DNA of 64,000 bases from Gammaproteobacteria bacterium (GTDB lineage: Bacteria; Pseudomonadota; Gammaproteobacteria; Eutrophobiales; Eutrophobiaceae): positions 1,024,001-1,088,000 of the forward strand of contig CBDEUK010000002.1 in NCBI GenBank assembly GCA_965243205.1, written 5' to 3'. The notes beneath the pieces are model-generated. The model did no database searches. It had not been told where the DNA came from and saw only the letters and a list, made by a program, of their open reading frames with translations. The position numbers were made by a program, and so were the translations under genes. This document shows, one piece after another, positions 16,335-26,981 of the stretch; positions within the stretch are counted from its first letter, which is position 1; the number at the start of each line of letters is the position of its first letter.

Positions 16335-17690
16335 TTAATTGTTATTTACTTGGCTAAATGCTGGTGGGCATGGACATAAATAATGAATGAGATTATTCAT
16401 CGCTTTATTATTTGTATTCGATAATGCTCTTAGAATCACAAATATCTTCGCTATTTTATCAGCATTATCCAAAGATGCATCACTTTCAATAGTTTTATAA
16501 ACTCTATCAAACTGAGGTAGACTCGAACCTTCAGAAATAACATTCCAGTTTTGTTTTAACTTACCAAGAATCGACTTTAAATTATTCTCCAATAATACAG
16601 ATAACATTTTATCATCCTGAATCAAGGTGTTTTTATAAAACGATTCAAACTGATTAAATAACACTTTATCGTATTTACCTTCAGTATTGCCAATTGACAA
16701 ACACATACCTTTTAATAAGGCTAATGCTAATGTTGTGTTTTTCTGTTGTTGATAAAAATGATTGAATAATTCACAAAGACCAGAAATTTGTGCATAAATA
16801 GGTACAGTGACTTTACCATCTTTATCAAGCACCATAGGATGTTCTCTTGATGCTAATGGACCACTCGCATCAATAAACTCATGTTGTTTCAAAATGGAAT
16901 CTAACACTTCTGAACTAAGGCTTTTTGAAACAGCACTTTTTTTATTAGCATCATTAATAATTCGGTAGCTAACCAATGGGTGCAATAACTCATAATTTTC
17001 AACATCCTTTGATAGTCTTGAATAACCGATATCCTTAAACACCAACATGCTGATTAAGTTTTTCAAATCTTCATTATTAAAACCTGAGATTGTTTTAGAA
17101 AAACTGATCGCCAACATTAATGACGCCATATTAGTATCATATTTATCAGACCAATCACTGTGTGCAAAATCATCCAGATAATTTAATACATTTGGTGATA
17201 CGGTTAATTGTTCAATAACAGATTCAACCAACTTTATATTCTCCTGCATTTCAGCAGGATCAAGATAATCATACTTAGCCGCTATCTCATCTATTTTTTC
17301 TTCAGTATCACTCCAATCAAATTTTTTATCCGATGAATAATTCGTCGCGATATCAGATATCGACGCTTTTTGGCAATTCGCCTCTAACTGATCAAGAAAA
17401 TCGGCGGTTAGCTCCTTTTTTAAGAAGAAATATTTATTGGTTAATTTATGAAAATAGAGAGGCTTATCGATGATAGAGGGCACAAATTTTTCTGGTATTT
17501 CCAAGCCTTTATCAATGTAAGGTGATTGGTTCTCCAGAAAATTCGAATCCGCCATATTGTATTTACTGAGATCGGTAATCAACCAAATCGGAACCAGTAC
17601 ACTGTTCGATTTTGAAAAGATCTTTTCCCTAAACCCAGCCTCAGTCTGCGCAAACGCAGACTCCACTAGGTCGTCATACTTATTATCCAT
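16335..17690 (-). CDS. Hypothetical protein with a degenerate HD-GYP-like domain
   Basis: KDIGYS (cf. HDIGK), HPLVSY, QHEFIDASGP (cf. HHERxDGSGYP). Confidence 0.6.
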   Translation of the reverse strand: MDNKYDDLVESAFAQTEAGFREKIFSKSNSVLVPIWLITDLSKYNMADSNFLENQSPYIDKGLEIPEKFVPSIIDKPLYFHKLTNKYFFLKKELTADFLDQLEANCQKASISDIATNYSSDKKFDWSDTEEKIDEIAAKYDYLDPAEMQENIKLVESVIEQLTVSPNVLNYLDDFAHSDWSDKYDTNMASLMLAISFSKTISGFNNEDLKNLISMLVFKDIGYSRLSKDVENYELLHPLVSYRIINDANKKSAVSKSLSSEVLDSILKQHEFIDASGPLASREHPMVLDKDGKVTVPIYAQISGLCELFNHFYQQQKNTTLALALLKGMCLSIGNTEGKYDKVLFNQFESFYKNTLIQDDKMLSVLLENNLKSILGKLKQNWNVISEGSSLPQFDRVYKTIESDASLDNADKIAKIFVILRALSNTNNKAMNNLIHYLCPCPPAFSQVNNN

Positions 17691-17807
17691 GTCAAACTCC
17701 TAAACTTTCAACAATAATAAAGCAAACCAACTATTACATAGGGTTAAAGTTCCGTAATGAATTACACAAATTCTGAACCCTATTCCAATAATATAGACTA
17801 ACCATTC

Positions 17808-18398
17808 ATGAATGTAATGAACTTAGCAAAAAAAGCATCGGCAAATATATTAATTCCTTTAGCTATATTATTGCTTGTTTCAGGCTGTGCAAATAACTTA
17901 CCAAAAACAATTAACGATGCGCCAGTGCCTGACATTCAATATACTAACATCAAGGAAAATTTAGAAAAAAATACAGGAAAAAATGTACGTTGGGGTGGGA
18001 AAATCATCTCAGTAGAAAACACCCAACAAACTTCAAGAATTGAAATCTTGAGTATGCCATTAGACTACGCAGGTGAACCAATACCCAATGATGATTACCA
18101 AGGACGCTTCCTAGCCGATGTGGATGAATTTATTGATGAAGAACATTACAAAAACAAAACGATTACTATCTACGGAACCATCGATTCAAGCATCATCAAA
18201 CCCATCAACGAACATGATTACGAATATCCAATCATCACTGTAACTGAATTTCATATCTGGCCAAAACGACTATCCCGTGTTGAACGATATCCCTACTATG
18301 ATCCATTCTTCTATCCTAGATTCTACGGAAGATTCAATCGCTTCCCTTACCATCCCTATTATCGTTTCCGTTCACGTTTTGGATTTTATGGTTGGTAA
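17808..18398 (+). CDS. slp: Slp family outer-membrane lipoprotein
   Basis: Lipobox VSGC, VRWGGKII, GRFLA, YPII, aromatic-rich tail. Confidence 0.88.
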   Translation: MNVMNLAKKASANILIPLAILLLVSGCANNLPKTINDAPVPDIQYTNIKENLEKNTGKNVRWGGKIISVENTQQTSRIEILSMPLDYAGEPIPNDDYQGRFLADVDEFIDEEHYKNKTITIYGTIDSSIIKPINEHDYEYPIITVTEFHIWPKRLSRVERYPYYDPFFYPRFYGRFNRFPYHPYYRFRSRFGFYGW

Positions 18399-18431
18399 AA
18401 AATATAACTGCTTTTATCTTAGTTATAATAA

Positions 18432-18953
18432 TTATTGCTCACCAAATATATCAGAAAATATTTTAGTCAGATTAGCTCCTGATATCTCACCTTTAAAGCA
18501 ACTATGACCTAAATTATCTTTGATACCGTAACATTGAGCTACATTGGATTCGCCAAACAATTCGTTTAATTCCGACTGAATACTATTAAATACATTTTTA
18601 GTCACCGGAGAATAAGACGTTGACATAAGAATAATATTTTCTTCAGAGACTTCGACATCAATTCTAATGTATCTATCCTTATATAGCCGCTTAAATGTAT
18701 TAACCCGAGAATAGTTTAGAAGTGGCGAGTGCCATTGGTCATCACCTTCAAATCCCATATTAAAAAACAGGTCTTCTAGATTGTCTCCAACGGTATAATT
18801 AGATTCATCATATAAACTAGGTTGATAGTCAACCTTATATACTTGCCAATAACCAAAAGCAGAACTACTCATAGTACCGCTTATTCCACCAGCGCAGGCC
18901 GAGAGCATTAATGCAGCGATAAAAGAAATGATAATAATACGTAACATACCCAA
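18432..18953 (-). CDS. Hypothetical lipoprotein
   Basis: Lipobox LSAC. Confidence 0.7.
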   Translation of the reverse strand: MGMLRIIIISFIAALMLSACAGGISGTMSSSAFGYWQVYKVDYQPSLYDESNYTVGDNLEDLFFNMGFEGDDQWHSPLLNYSRVNTFKRLYKDRYIRIDVEVSEENIILMSTSYSPVTKNVFNSIQSELNELFGESNVAQCYGIKDNLGHSCFKGEISGANLTKIFSDIFGEQ

Positions 18954-19016
18954 ACTTTAGCTGTGTTTGGTATGTTATTGCAAGCTAAGATAACGACAAA
19001 ACTTTAAAAATTAATT

Positions 19017-19571
19017 TTAATACCATCTTGTTTTTTCAAATGCATCCAAACAAGCTTGATTTTCTTTTGGTACTTTATTATCAAATTTAGCAATGAGATC
19101 TTTTTTGTAACTATTTCGTCCATTCTCAATGATTTCATAAACATCGGTTGTACAACCACCAAAACTTATAGAATAATTTAGCTCATAATCTTTGCCCTCA
19201 TCCATATGAAGATTAACCAAGCTACCACATGAAAAGGTTCCACCAACATTTGATCTATCGCCATCAAACATAACCGTTAATGGCTTTGTTGAATCGACCT
19301 TGAATTCTTTAAAAGCATTCTTATGATAATCGCCTAAAGGCATATCAAGGCTCTTAGGATCGCTATTCACAAAATAACCTTTTCTTAACCGCATCCATTC
19401 TTGCTCATCTGAGCAATTCATATCTGAATAATAACGGACAACTGTAATGCTGTTAGAATCTGTCACAAACCGTACATTAGCCGTTGGCCCAGATTCAGGC
19501 TCTTGATAACTAATTGAAGCACAGCCTGTCATTAACACTAAAAGAAAACTCAAATAGATAATATGTTTCAA
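19017..19571 (-). CDS. Hypothetical lipoprotein
   Basis: Lipobox MTGC; TTG start with GGAG RBS. Confidence 0.72.
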   Translation of the reverse strand: MKHIIYLSFLLVLMTGCASISYQEPESGPTANVRFVTDSNSITVVRYYSDMNCSDEQEWMRLRKGYFVNSDPKSLDMPLGDYHKNAFKEFKVDSTKPLTVMFDGDRSNVGGTFSCGSLVNLHMDEGKDYELNYSISFGGCTTDVYEIIENGRNSYKKDLIAKFDNKVPKENQACLDAFEKTRWY

Positions 19572-19782
19572 CTCATCTCTCCATCAATCTAAATTCTAAA
19601 AAACTAAGATTTATTCGTTAGTAATAAATACTTTATCTTATATCGTGTTAATGGATTTTATCTTTAAGATTTATTTCTATTTAACAGCAGGTTTATACAA
19701 AAATTGATTGTTAGCCGATCGGTAGATAGTATAATAACATTACTTTATCGTTATAAAGTTTAGCTAAACAACAAATGGAGAA

Positions 19783-20172
19783 TTGAATATGATTACATAT
19801 GATTGTAAAAAAAGCCCTGAGCAATTTAATAACAACATTTATCCAATCCACTCAGCAAGCAAAGCAAATTATTTAAGAGAAGAAACGGACGACTACCATA
19901 CCGGTTCATCAAAAGACCAAACACTAATTCAAGCTTTACAACAATCTGAACTTAAAGCACTGCGCAAAACCGCTTCTGGTCAAATCGCTCGTCTCTATCA
20001 AGTAGCCAACCTATTTACCCAAGACGATCCAGTTAATTTCACAGCCACTGAACTAAACCAACTCAAGCAAGATATACAAAACGCGACAGCTGAACTTGAA
20101 AATACTCTACACGCAATCACTAACCCACTCATCGATGATCCCGAACCAGGAGAAGATGAAATAGCTAGATAA
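19783..20172 (+). CDS. Hypothetical protein
   Basis: 129-aa ORF with GGAG RBS and a downstream terminator. Confidence 0.6.
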   Translation: MNMITYDCKKSPEQFNNNIYPIHSASKANYLREETDDYHTGSSKDQTLIQALQQSELKALRKTASGQIARLYQVANLFTQDDPVNFTATELNQLKQDIQNATAELENTLHAITNPLIDDPEPGEDEIAR

Positions 20173-20183
20173 TCATCAGACAC

Positions 20184-20221
20184 AAAAAAACCGGAGTGAT
20201 TTACATAACTCCGGTTTTTTT
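20184..20221. terminator. Bidirectional intrinsic terminator
   Basis: A7-CCGGAGT...ACTCCGG-T7 between convergent genes. Confidence 0.8.
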
Positions 20222-21475
20222 AAGGTATTCTTTTATGCTGTATATAGGAATCTCCTTATTCTCAAATATAAATTCTTGATGTGTGGTTGGTTCTCTAGTT
20301 GCTAATTGGATTTGGCCGGTCAATAAAATTCTTTCATTCGTTGTATCTATTTTAAGTGTGCCTTTTATAGTTTTTTCGATACTGTCTGGCCCACCAAAAT
20401 TATTAATTAAATGTACATTATTATTGTCTAACATTGAGATAGTAAGTTTTTTAGAAATAAGCTCATCTAATTTTATAACAACTTGTACAGCGCCTCCGAC
20501 ATGATTACTCCATGGTCCTTTCGGTACATTAGAAGCACCCATCTCAAGAAAAATTAAATACTTTCCTTTGCTATTACGAAGATCATTACCACCTGTCCAA
20601 CCAGATGCTTCTCTTGCTAGAGTCGCATCCTTCACAATCGAAAAATCAGTCAATGGGATCTTTACTGGAATACTTAAATATCTAGTTAAAAATACATCAA
20701 AATCATCTTCAGAAAATGATGGTGTATCTGACTTTAACGATTCAAGACGTTTAATTTCGCTAGTATACTTTTCAATAAATGAAATACGATCGGAAATCGC
20801 TGCTATATCTTCTTGTTCTAGCTTATTATATTTCAGGATAAGTTCATATTTTCTCCAGAACTCATCGAAAGGGAAATTGGTTTCATTCTGAACGACACCA
20901 TTTTTCACCTGTACTAGGCTAACTTCGGTAGGCTCTAATATCTTATATGTCTTCTTCTCATAAGGGCTTCTATATTCTTTCAATATTCGTTTATTAAAAA
21001 TCTCAAGGTTACCTGAATACCAACTAGCAAATACTCTATTATCTGTATCTATCTCGTTTGTAAAAATTTCTGTCATTACCTGTTTTGATAATTTTTCTAA
21101 TTCTGCATCTGTATTTTTATCTGAAAAAGCTTGATCAGATCGTTTAATACCTACCAGATAAAGTTTATTATCTTTAATTTCCCAATCAGCAACATGGCCC
21201 CGATAGTTTGCAGTACTTGATGCACTAAAAGGTGATTCTTCTGATTCATCACGAAAATATATTTCCAATGGACTGGGATATGCCCAGTGAGTAACTAACT
21301 CATTTTTTTCTCCTTGATAAAAGATAACATCATTTATTTGAGGAGTAGCCTGAACAGACAATATAGAAAAGAAATATAAAATAAATATGCTCACCAAACC
21401 TAAATAGAATTGAATTTGAAAAATACTTATTCTGCAAGAATTTAAACTGTTATAGCTGTCATTGGTTAATCTCAT
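20201..21475 (-). CDS. Hypothetical exported protein
   Basis: 424-aa ORF; signal-like segment, STANYRGHVADWEI and VFASWYSG motifs; GGAGG RBS. Confidence 0.7.
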   Translation of the reverse strand: MRLTNDSYNSLNSCRISIFQIQFYLGLVSIFILYFFSILSVQATPQINDVIFYQGEKNELVTHWAYPSPLEIYFRDESEESPFSASSTANYRGHVADWEIKDNKLYLVGIKRSDQAFSDKNTDAELEKLSKQVMTEIFTNEIDTDNRVFASWYSGNLEIFNKRILKEYRSPYEKKTYKILEPTEVSLVQVKNGVVQNETNFPFDEFWRKYELILKYNKLEQEDIAAISDRISFIEKYTSEIKRLESLKSDTPSFSEDDFDVFLTRYLSIPVKIPLTDFSIVKDATLAREASGWTGGNDLRNSKGKYLIFLEMGASNVPKGPWSNHVGGAVQVVIKLDELISKKLTISMLDNNNVHLINNFGGPDSIEKTIKGTLKIDTTNERILLTGQIQLATREPTTHQEFIFENKEIPIYSIKEYLKKTGVM

Positions 21476-21754
21476 TTTAATAATCCTCCATTAAAAAACT
21501 TTATTTTTATCAACGTCCCTTTTTCAATTCCTATATGATTGATAATAATATTCTCTATAAGTCAAAACCATATCGAAATGTAAAAATAATGTATTTATAT
21601 TGTATAAATAATGTTTATTGAATTATTAATAAGATATAGAGTATTAAAATTTTTTTACTTATACATTTATAGTTGAGGATTATCATAATTAAATAGCTCT
21701 GCTCCTTTTAATAATTCTCTATATAAATGCATACATTAAAAACATTTTTAATTG

Positions 21755-22792
21755 TTAATCAGGCGTTTGGTTTTGTTTCATACGATGTTCCCAACGACGG
21801 CGAGCATGACGGCGCATATTCGGAATGTCATCGGTTTCATCCATGATGGTTAATCCTAGTATTGATTCAAAAATATCTTCCATTGTAATTAAACCGAGCC
21901 ATGTACCATATTCATCAAAAACCAGTGCCATGTGTTGATGTTCTTTCAGTAATGAAGTGAGTGCAGATTCGGCCGAATCTGTTTCTTTAAATATCTGAAT
22001 CGTACTCATCAATTCGCTTATGGGTGTATCGGGTTCAGCATCCAATAATTCATTACGAAAGACGATACCCTTTGGATTTTCTTCATCTAAAACCGGATAG
22101 CGTGAAAAAGAAGTTTCTCGTAACAGCTTTTTAGCATCACCCGCCGTACTATTTTGCTTTATATATTGGCAGACCGTACGTGGTGTTAAGATGCTTTTTA
22201 ATTCCATCTCATGTAAATCGAGTATGTTTGAAATAACTCGCTGCTCATCTTCGTCCAACATCTTTCGTTCACGTCCCAACTTAGTCAGCGCCTTAATTTG
22301 ATAACGGATATCGGTTTTTGGTGCTTCCTTACCTAAAGAACGTGTGATGACATCTGAAAGCATAATGAAAGGTTTCAGCATTACGATCATGCCATTGAGG
22401 ATAGGCGGTAGAAATGGTGCCAGTTTAACCCAGTATTTAGCGCCGAGTGTTTTCGGGATAATTTCAGACAGTATTAATACTAAAAACGTTAGGATTGCAG
22501 ATGAAGCTGCTAGATACCCATCACCAAAAACAATCGCAACTTGTGCTCCCACACCTGCAGCGCCAAAAGTATGAGCTACGGTATTTAAAGTCAGTATTGC
22601 CGCTAACGGCTGATCGATACGTTCCTTGAGATCATCAAGACTCTTATATAACTTTGGCTGTGTTTCCTTGAGGCTAACAATGTAACTTGGTGTAATGGAT
22701 AACAACACAGCCTCTAGTACAGAACAAAGAAACGATATACCGATAGCAAGAGAGGCAAACGCAATTAATAGAGTCATTAGTGGTGAAAACAA
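21755..22792 (-). CDS. CNNM/DUF21 + CBS domain protein (hemolysin/CorC-like)
   Basis: SFLCSVLEAVLLS, ILTLNT, SEIIPKTLG, FSRYPV, DEYG..GLITMEDIFE. Confidence 0.92.
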   Translation of the reverse strand: MFSPLMTLLIAFASLAIGISFLCSVLEAVLLSITPSYIVSLKETQPKLYKSLDDLKERIDQPLAAILTLNTVAHTFGAAGVGAQVAIVFGDGYLAASSAILTFLVLILSEIIPKTLGAKYWVKLAPFLPPILNGMIVMLKPFIMLSDVITRSLGKEAPKTDIRYQIKALTKLGRERKMLDEDEQRVISNILDLHEMELKSILTPRTVCQYIKQNSTAGDAKKLLRETSFSRYPVLDEENPKGIVFRNELLDAEPDTPISELMSTIQIFKETDSAESALTSLLKEHQHMALVFDEYGTWLGLITMEDIFESILGLTIMDETDDIPNMRRHARRRWEHRMKQNQTPD

Positions 22793-22872
22793 TTCCTCGG
22801 TTTAAACAATGTTTCCATGCTACACAACATAATCAAGTTCGGCAATGAATGACCCTGTTCCTTTTAGACATC

Positions 22873-23244
22873 CTATATAAACGCATATATTAAAAACATT
22901 CCAAAGCCTAGTGAAAAAACACCCACAATGCGTCCATACGGTTTAAATTTAACCATTACCCATAACACTAATTTTTCAAATGTTTTTCGGCCTATAGCAA
23001 GTAAAACAACAGCAGCAATAATCATTATCCATCCGAGGATAGAAATCACTAATGGGAAATTAGAAAAATCAGCCATATAAATAAGAAGCCCACCAAAAAT
23101 TAATCTCACAACAACAGCGGTTATATATATCCAAAGTTTCTGAATATTTTTACTAAGAAAATTAAAAATGAGCTCCGGTTGAACAACCAGTAACAACCCT
23201 GCAAGAGTAAGAAAACCACCCAATAGATAAATTAAGTTCGTCAT
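22873..23244 (-). CDS. Hypothetical 4-TM membrane protein
   Basis: Hydrophobic 123-aa ORF with AGGAG RBS. Confidence 0.75.
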   Translation of the reverse strand: MTNLIYLLGGFLTLAGLLLVVQPELIFNFLSKNIQKLWIYITAVVVRLIFGGLLIYMADFSNFPLVISILGWIMIIAAVVLLAIGRKTFEKLVLWVMVKFKPYGRIVGVFSLGFGMFLIYAFI

Positions 23245-23301
23245 CTCTAAACTCCTTTAGTAATAAAAGGATATGTCACTATTAATTATAGGACTCAATC
23301 T

Positions 23302-24162
23302 CTAAGTATTCACTTTATTTATGAACCAACCAAACAATGCTCCAGTAAAAAACATAATGAGAGAGTAAGTAACCGATGGGATCATCATTGTATTATTACC
23401 AATCAATGTCCCAGCTACCACTAATGCTAAAGTACCATTCTGAATCCCTACTTCAAAACCAATACAGATTGATTGTTTCTTATTAAGCTTAGCCCTGTTT
23501 GCAAGCAGATAACCTAACATTAAAACGACTATATTAAGCACCAAAGTGGCTACGCCTGCTTGGGCAAAAAAGCTCAGCATATTGTCAGAATTCTTCATTA
23601 CAATTAAAGCAATGATCAAAAACAAGAAAAAGATTGAAAACCATTTCAGTACATTTTCTATTTTCTTAGCTAAGACTGGAAAGCGTGATAAAGCAAACAT
23701 ACCTAAAGCGATCGGAATCACTGTGATGACCAATAGCTGAACAATCGTTTTAATCACAGGCAATTCAAACTCCGTACTACTATCCATAAAGTACATCATG
23801 CTTAAAGACGCAAGCAAAGGAATGGTGAAAGGCGTAATCAAACTAGTCAGTACCGTCAAACTCACCGAGAGCGAAACATCACCTTTAAATAAATAAGTAA
23901 ACATATTCGACGTTGCTCCACCAGGCGCTAAAGCAATAATGATCAAACCAACGGCTAATTCAGCAGGCAATTGAAAAGTTAACGCAAGAATAAAGGCAAT
24001 GATAGGTAGTAACATTAATTGCCCAATTAACCCAATCACAACGGCCTTAGGATAAGCAAAAATGTTTTTAAAATCGGCTATCTTTAAAGAGATACCAATA
24101 CCGAACATAATCAAAAACAATGACAACGGTAGAATAACTTTAGTTAATACGTCAGCTTGCAT
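23302..24162 (-). CDS. Bile acid:sodium symporter (BASS) family transporter
   Basis: APGGATSN, GDVSLSV, FEVGIQNGTLA. Confidence 0.93.
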   Translation of the reverse strand: MQADVLTKVILPLSLFLIMFGIGISLKIADFKNIFAYPKAVVIGLIGQLMLLPIIAFILALTFQLPAELAVGLIIIALAPGGATSNMFTYLFKGDVSLSVSLTVLTSLITPFTIPLLASLSMMYFMDSSTEFELPVIKTIVQLLVITVIPIALGMFALSRFPVLAKKIENVLKWFSIFFLFLIIALIVMKNSDNMLSFFAQAGVATLVLNIVVLMLGYLLANRAKLNKKQSICIGFEVGIQNGTLALVVAGTLIGNNTMMIPSVTYSLIMFFTGALFGWFINKVNT

Positions 24163-24295
24163 GAATCACCCCAATAGTTAGATTTTTTATTTTTCTATAT
24201 CTCTTTCTATATATCCCATTAGAGATATATTAAACATTTTCTTATGTATTTATTATTAATGCCAATATTTTTACATTACAAACGAGATATTAATA

Positions 24296-24766
24296 ATGAA
24301 TTCAAGACAATCTTTAAAAAGATTACAACTAAGTTTAGCTGGTATTTTTTCCTTATTACTAGTAACAAACATAGCATTAGCTGAAAACTCTACTGATGCA
24401 ACAGAAATTGAAATCGTAAATCAAAATTTTGAAATGGCAATGAACACAGGGAATGCGTCTGGCCTTGCCGCTATCTACACTGCAGATGGTCAATTACTTC
24501 CACCAAACAATTCTATTATTTCAGGTCAAGATAATATTCGAACCTTTTGGCAAGGCGCAATCGAGCAAGGAATAGCCAATGCTGAATTGGATACTATTGA
24601 ACTTGAAATATTAGGTGATACAGCGAATGAAATTGGGCGCTTTACTTTAAAGGCACAAAATGGCGATGTGATAGATACTGGAAAATATATTGTTATTTGG
24701 AAAAAAGAAAATGGAAATTGGAAATACCATCGTGATATGTGGAGCAGTTCAAACCCTGTTAAATAA
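24296..24766 (+). CDS. Exported NTF2-like (DUF4440/YybH) protein
   Basis: Signal peptide; YTADGQLLPPN, GKYIVIWKKENGNWKYHRDMW. Confidence 0.88.
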   Translation: MNSRQSLKRLQLSLAGIFSLLLVTNIALAENSTDATEIEIVNQNFEMAMNTGNASGLAAIYTADGQLLPPNNSIISGQDNIRTFWQGAIEQGIANAELDTIELEILGDTANEIGRFTLKAQNGDVIDTGKYIVIWKKENGNWKYHRDMWSSSNPVK

Positions 24767-24782
24767 TAAAAAGGAAATCAAT

Positions 24783-24971
24783 ATGACGAAGAAACTTTTA
24801 TTGCTTGGCTTATTAATATCATCGAGCCCACTGTTTGCACATGAAACAAGCGGAGTAAATTTACATAGCCATTTGTTAATGCACTTTATTCAATATATTG
24901 CTCTAGCACTGGTTATTGGCTTTGGTATATATAAATTAATGAAAACGAATAATAAAAATTATAATGAATAA
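24783..24971 (+). CDS. Small His-rich membrane protein
   Basis: AAGGA RBS, signal-like AHE motif, HSH..H and a TM helix; overlaps the next start. Confidence 0.55.
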   Translation: MTKKLLLLGLLISSSPLFAHETSGVNLHSHLLMHFIQYIALALVIGFGIYKLMKTNNKNYNE

Positions 24972-25419
24972 CTGGAAAACAAATGGTGTTCAAGTTATTA
25001 GCAAGGATAATTTGAGCTGTGAAACAGCCCAAACTGAAGGAATGAAAAGGGCAATGGCAATATCGGAATCAACTGTAGGCTCATCAAAAATCTGGGCAGG
25101 TACCGTCACTATCTCACCGAATACTAAGACAGGTGCTCACCATCATGGTGAATTAGAAAGCGTGATCTATGTGATTAAAGGCTTAGCCCGTATGCGCTGG
25201 GGTGAAAAACTAGAATACACTGCAGAAGCAGGCCCAGGAGATTTTATCTATGTTCCACCATACGTACCTCATCAAGAAATTAATGCAGGAGATACTACAC
25301 CATTAGAATGTGTACTAGTGCGAAGTGGCCAAGAAGCTATTGTGATTAACTTAGATATAGAACCTGTTGAAGAACCTGAGAATGTTTGGCGTGATGGTTT
25401 TCACGACAAGGAAAAATAA
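24964..25419 (+). CDS. Cupin domain protein
   Basis: TGAHHHGELES..G, GDFIYVPPYVPHQE. Confidence 0.9.
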   Translation: MNNWKTNGVQVISKDNLSCETAQTEGMKRAMAISESTVGSSKIWAGTVTISPNTKTGAHHHGELESVIYVIKGLARMRWGEKLEYTAEAGPGDFIYVPPYVPHQEINAGDTTPLECVLVRSGQEAIVINLDIEPVEEPENVWRDGFHDKEK

Positions 25420-25555
25420 ACTCGATTACTTAAATAATTTATAAGTCCTATCCTTCTTTCACAAAACCTAACACCCTTGTAATAATATAAAGGGAACAAT
25501 AATAACCACCTTGCAGTCATACTCGCGTCCTAACATTTATCTTTGGAGCGATGCA

Positions 25556-26956
25556 ATGTCTCAATTCGGTCGACGCTTTTTGTTTGTAAGCGTACTTTTC
25601 TTCTGGTTTACAAACACTCAGTTACCCGCATACGCTGCGACTGGCGCATCAGCCACGACCGAACTAGCACGCAAAGCATTGCCTCGGGGTAGCGTAAAAG
25701 ACTTCGGCCCAGCTCCTAAAGTTACCAACGCACCCTTATCTAAAAAAACACAACAAGCGCTTGATACTGTCTTCGCTAGCTTAGATAGTAATGAATGGTC
25801 TCAACCACAAATTGATGCATTAAAAACCATCGTAGAATCGGAAGATGTTAGATTAGCCTGGTTGATGGCCGATCTTATGCGCTTCATTACGAGCCGTGAA
25901 ATCAATGATGAATTAATCAGCACTGCTGACAAACTGTTGGGTAGTAATTTCAAAGGATTCGATCAATGGAGTAAGTTAACAGAAGCTTTGATTGCCTGGG
26001 ACATCCCTGCTCCACCCAACTACTTAAAGTACAAACGCCAACTGTTTACAACAGCATTACCTGCATGGGAGCCGCTTTTTATCGAAGGCGATATAGACTG
26101 GCGACATGTCACCTGGGGTGGAGTCCGCATTGACGATCGTGAATATGATAAAACAGATGAAGCTTGTAATTGCATTCCAGCTGCAGATAACCCAGAAGTC
26201 ACGAATGCTAAAGAAGCAACTTGGTTAGAAGATGATGACATAGTTTTTGGTATAGAAGTTAATGGTGAGTATCGTGCTTATCCGCGCCAGATTATGGAAG
26301 TACGCGAAATGGTGAATGACACACTTGGCGGTCGTCATCTAGGTATTCCTTATTGTACTTTATGTGGCGCAGCCCAAGCCTGGTTCACTGACGATGTACC
26401 AGAAGGTGTTGAACGACCTGTGCTTCGAACATCAGGCTTATTAATTCGATCCAACAAAGTCATGTACGATTTAAATACCATGTCTGTACTGGATACGTTT
26501 CGTGGCAATGCAGTTACAGGGCCTTTAGCCAAACGTGGACTTCAACTCAAACAAGCCGCTGTTGTCACAACCACCTGGGGTGAATGGAAACGTTCACATC
26601 CAGATACCACAGTTCTTATAGAAGAACTTGCACTTGGGCGTGACTTTGACTTTCGCAACAACAGAGATGCAAATGGCCCAATCTTTCCAATAGGTGACGC
26701 CGACCCGCGCTTAGCGGTACATGAAGAAGTACTTGGTATTGTTACCAAGTCAGGTACGCCTTGGGCATTTCATGTGCCTAGCGTGATTAAAGTGTTGGAT
26801 GCAGGTGAAGCAGTCACCGTCGAAGATATAAATATCATTCTTGATGCAGGTGGTGTACGAGCCATTAACGATAAAGGTGAATCACTGGGAACACATCAAT
26901 CATTCTGGTTTGCCTGGTCACAGTTTTATCCAAGCACTCAATTATGGCCTCAGTAA
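25556..26956 (+). CDS. DUF3179 domain protein
   Basis: CIPAADNP, RAYPRQIMEVREMVND, YCTLCG, SGLL..SNKVMYD, FWFAWSQFYP; GGAG RBS before ATG 25556. Confidence 0.85.
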   Translation: MSQFGRRFLFVSVLFFWFTNTQLPAYAATGASATTELARKALPRGSVKDFGPAPKVTNAPLSKKTQQALDTVFASLDSNEWSQPQIDALKTIVESEDVRLAWLMADLMRFITSREINDELISTADKLLGSNFKGFDQWSKLTEALIAWDIPAPPNYLKYKRQLFTTALPAWEPLFIEGDIDWRHVTWGGVRIDDREYDKTDEACNCIPAADNPEVTNAKEATWLEDDDIVFGIEVNGEYRAYPRQIMEVREMVNDTLGGRHLGIPYCTLCGAAQAWFTDDVPEGVERPVLRTSGLLIRSNKVMYDLNTMSVLDTFRGNAVTGPLAKRGLQLKQAAVVTTTWGEWKRSHPDTTVLIEELALGRDFDFRNNRDANGPIFPIGDADPRLAVHEEVLGIVTKSGTPWAFHVPSVIKVLDAGEAVTVEDINIILDAGGVRAINDKGESLGTHQSFWFAWSQFYPSTQLWPQ

Positions 26957-26981
26957 AATTAAACGAGTCTATCTCATTTAA

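Noticed and set aside
25556-26956. Selenoprotein version of DUF3179
   Set aside because: The motif is CTLC with ordinary Cys codons and there is no in-frame TGA
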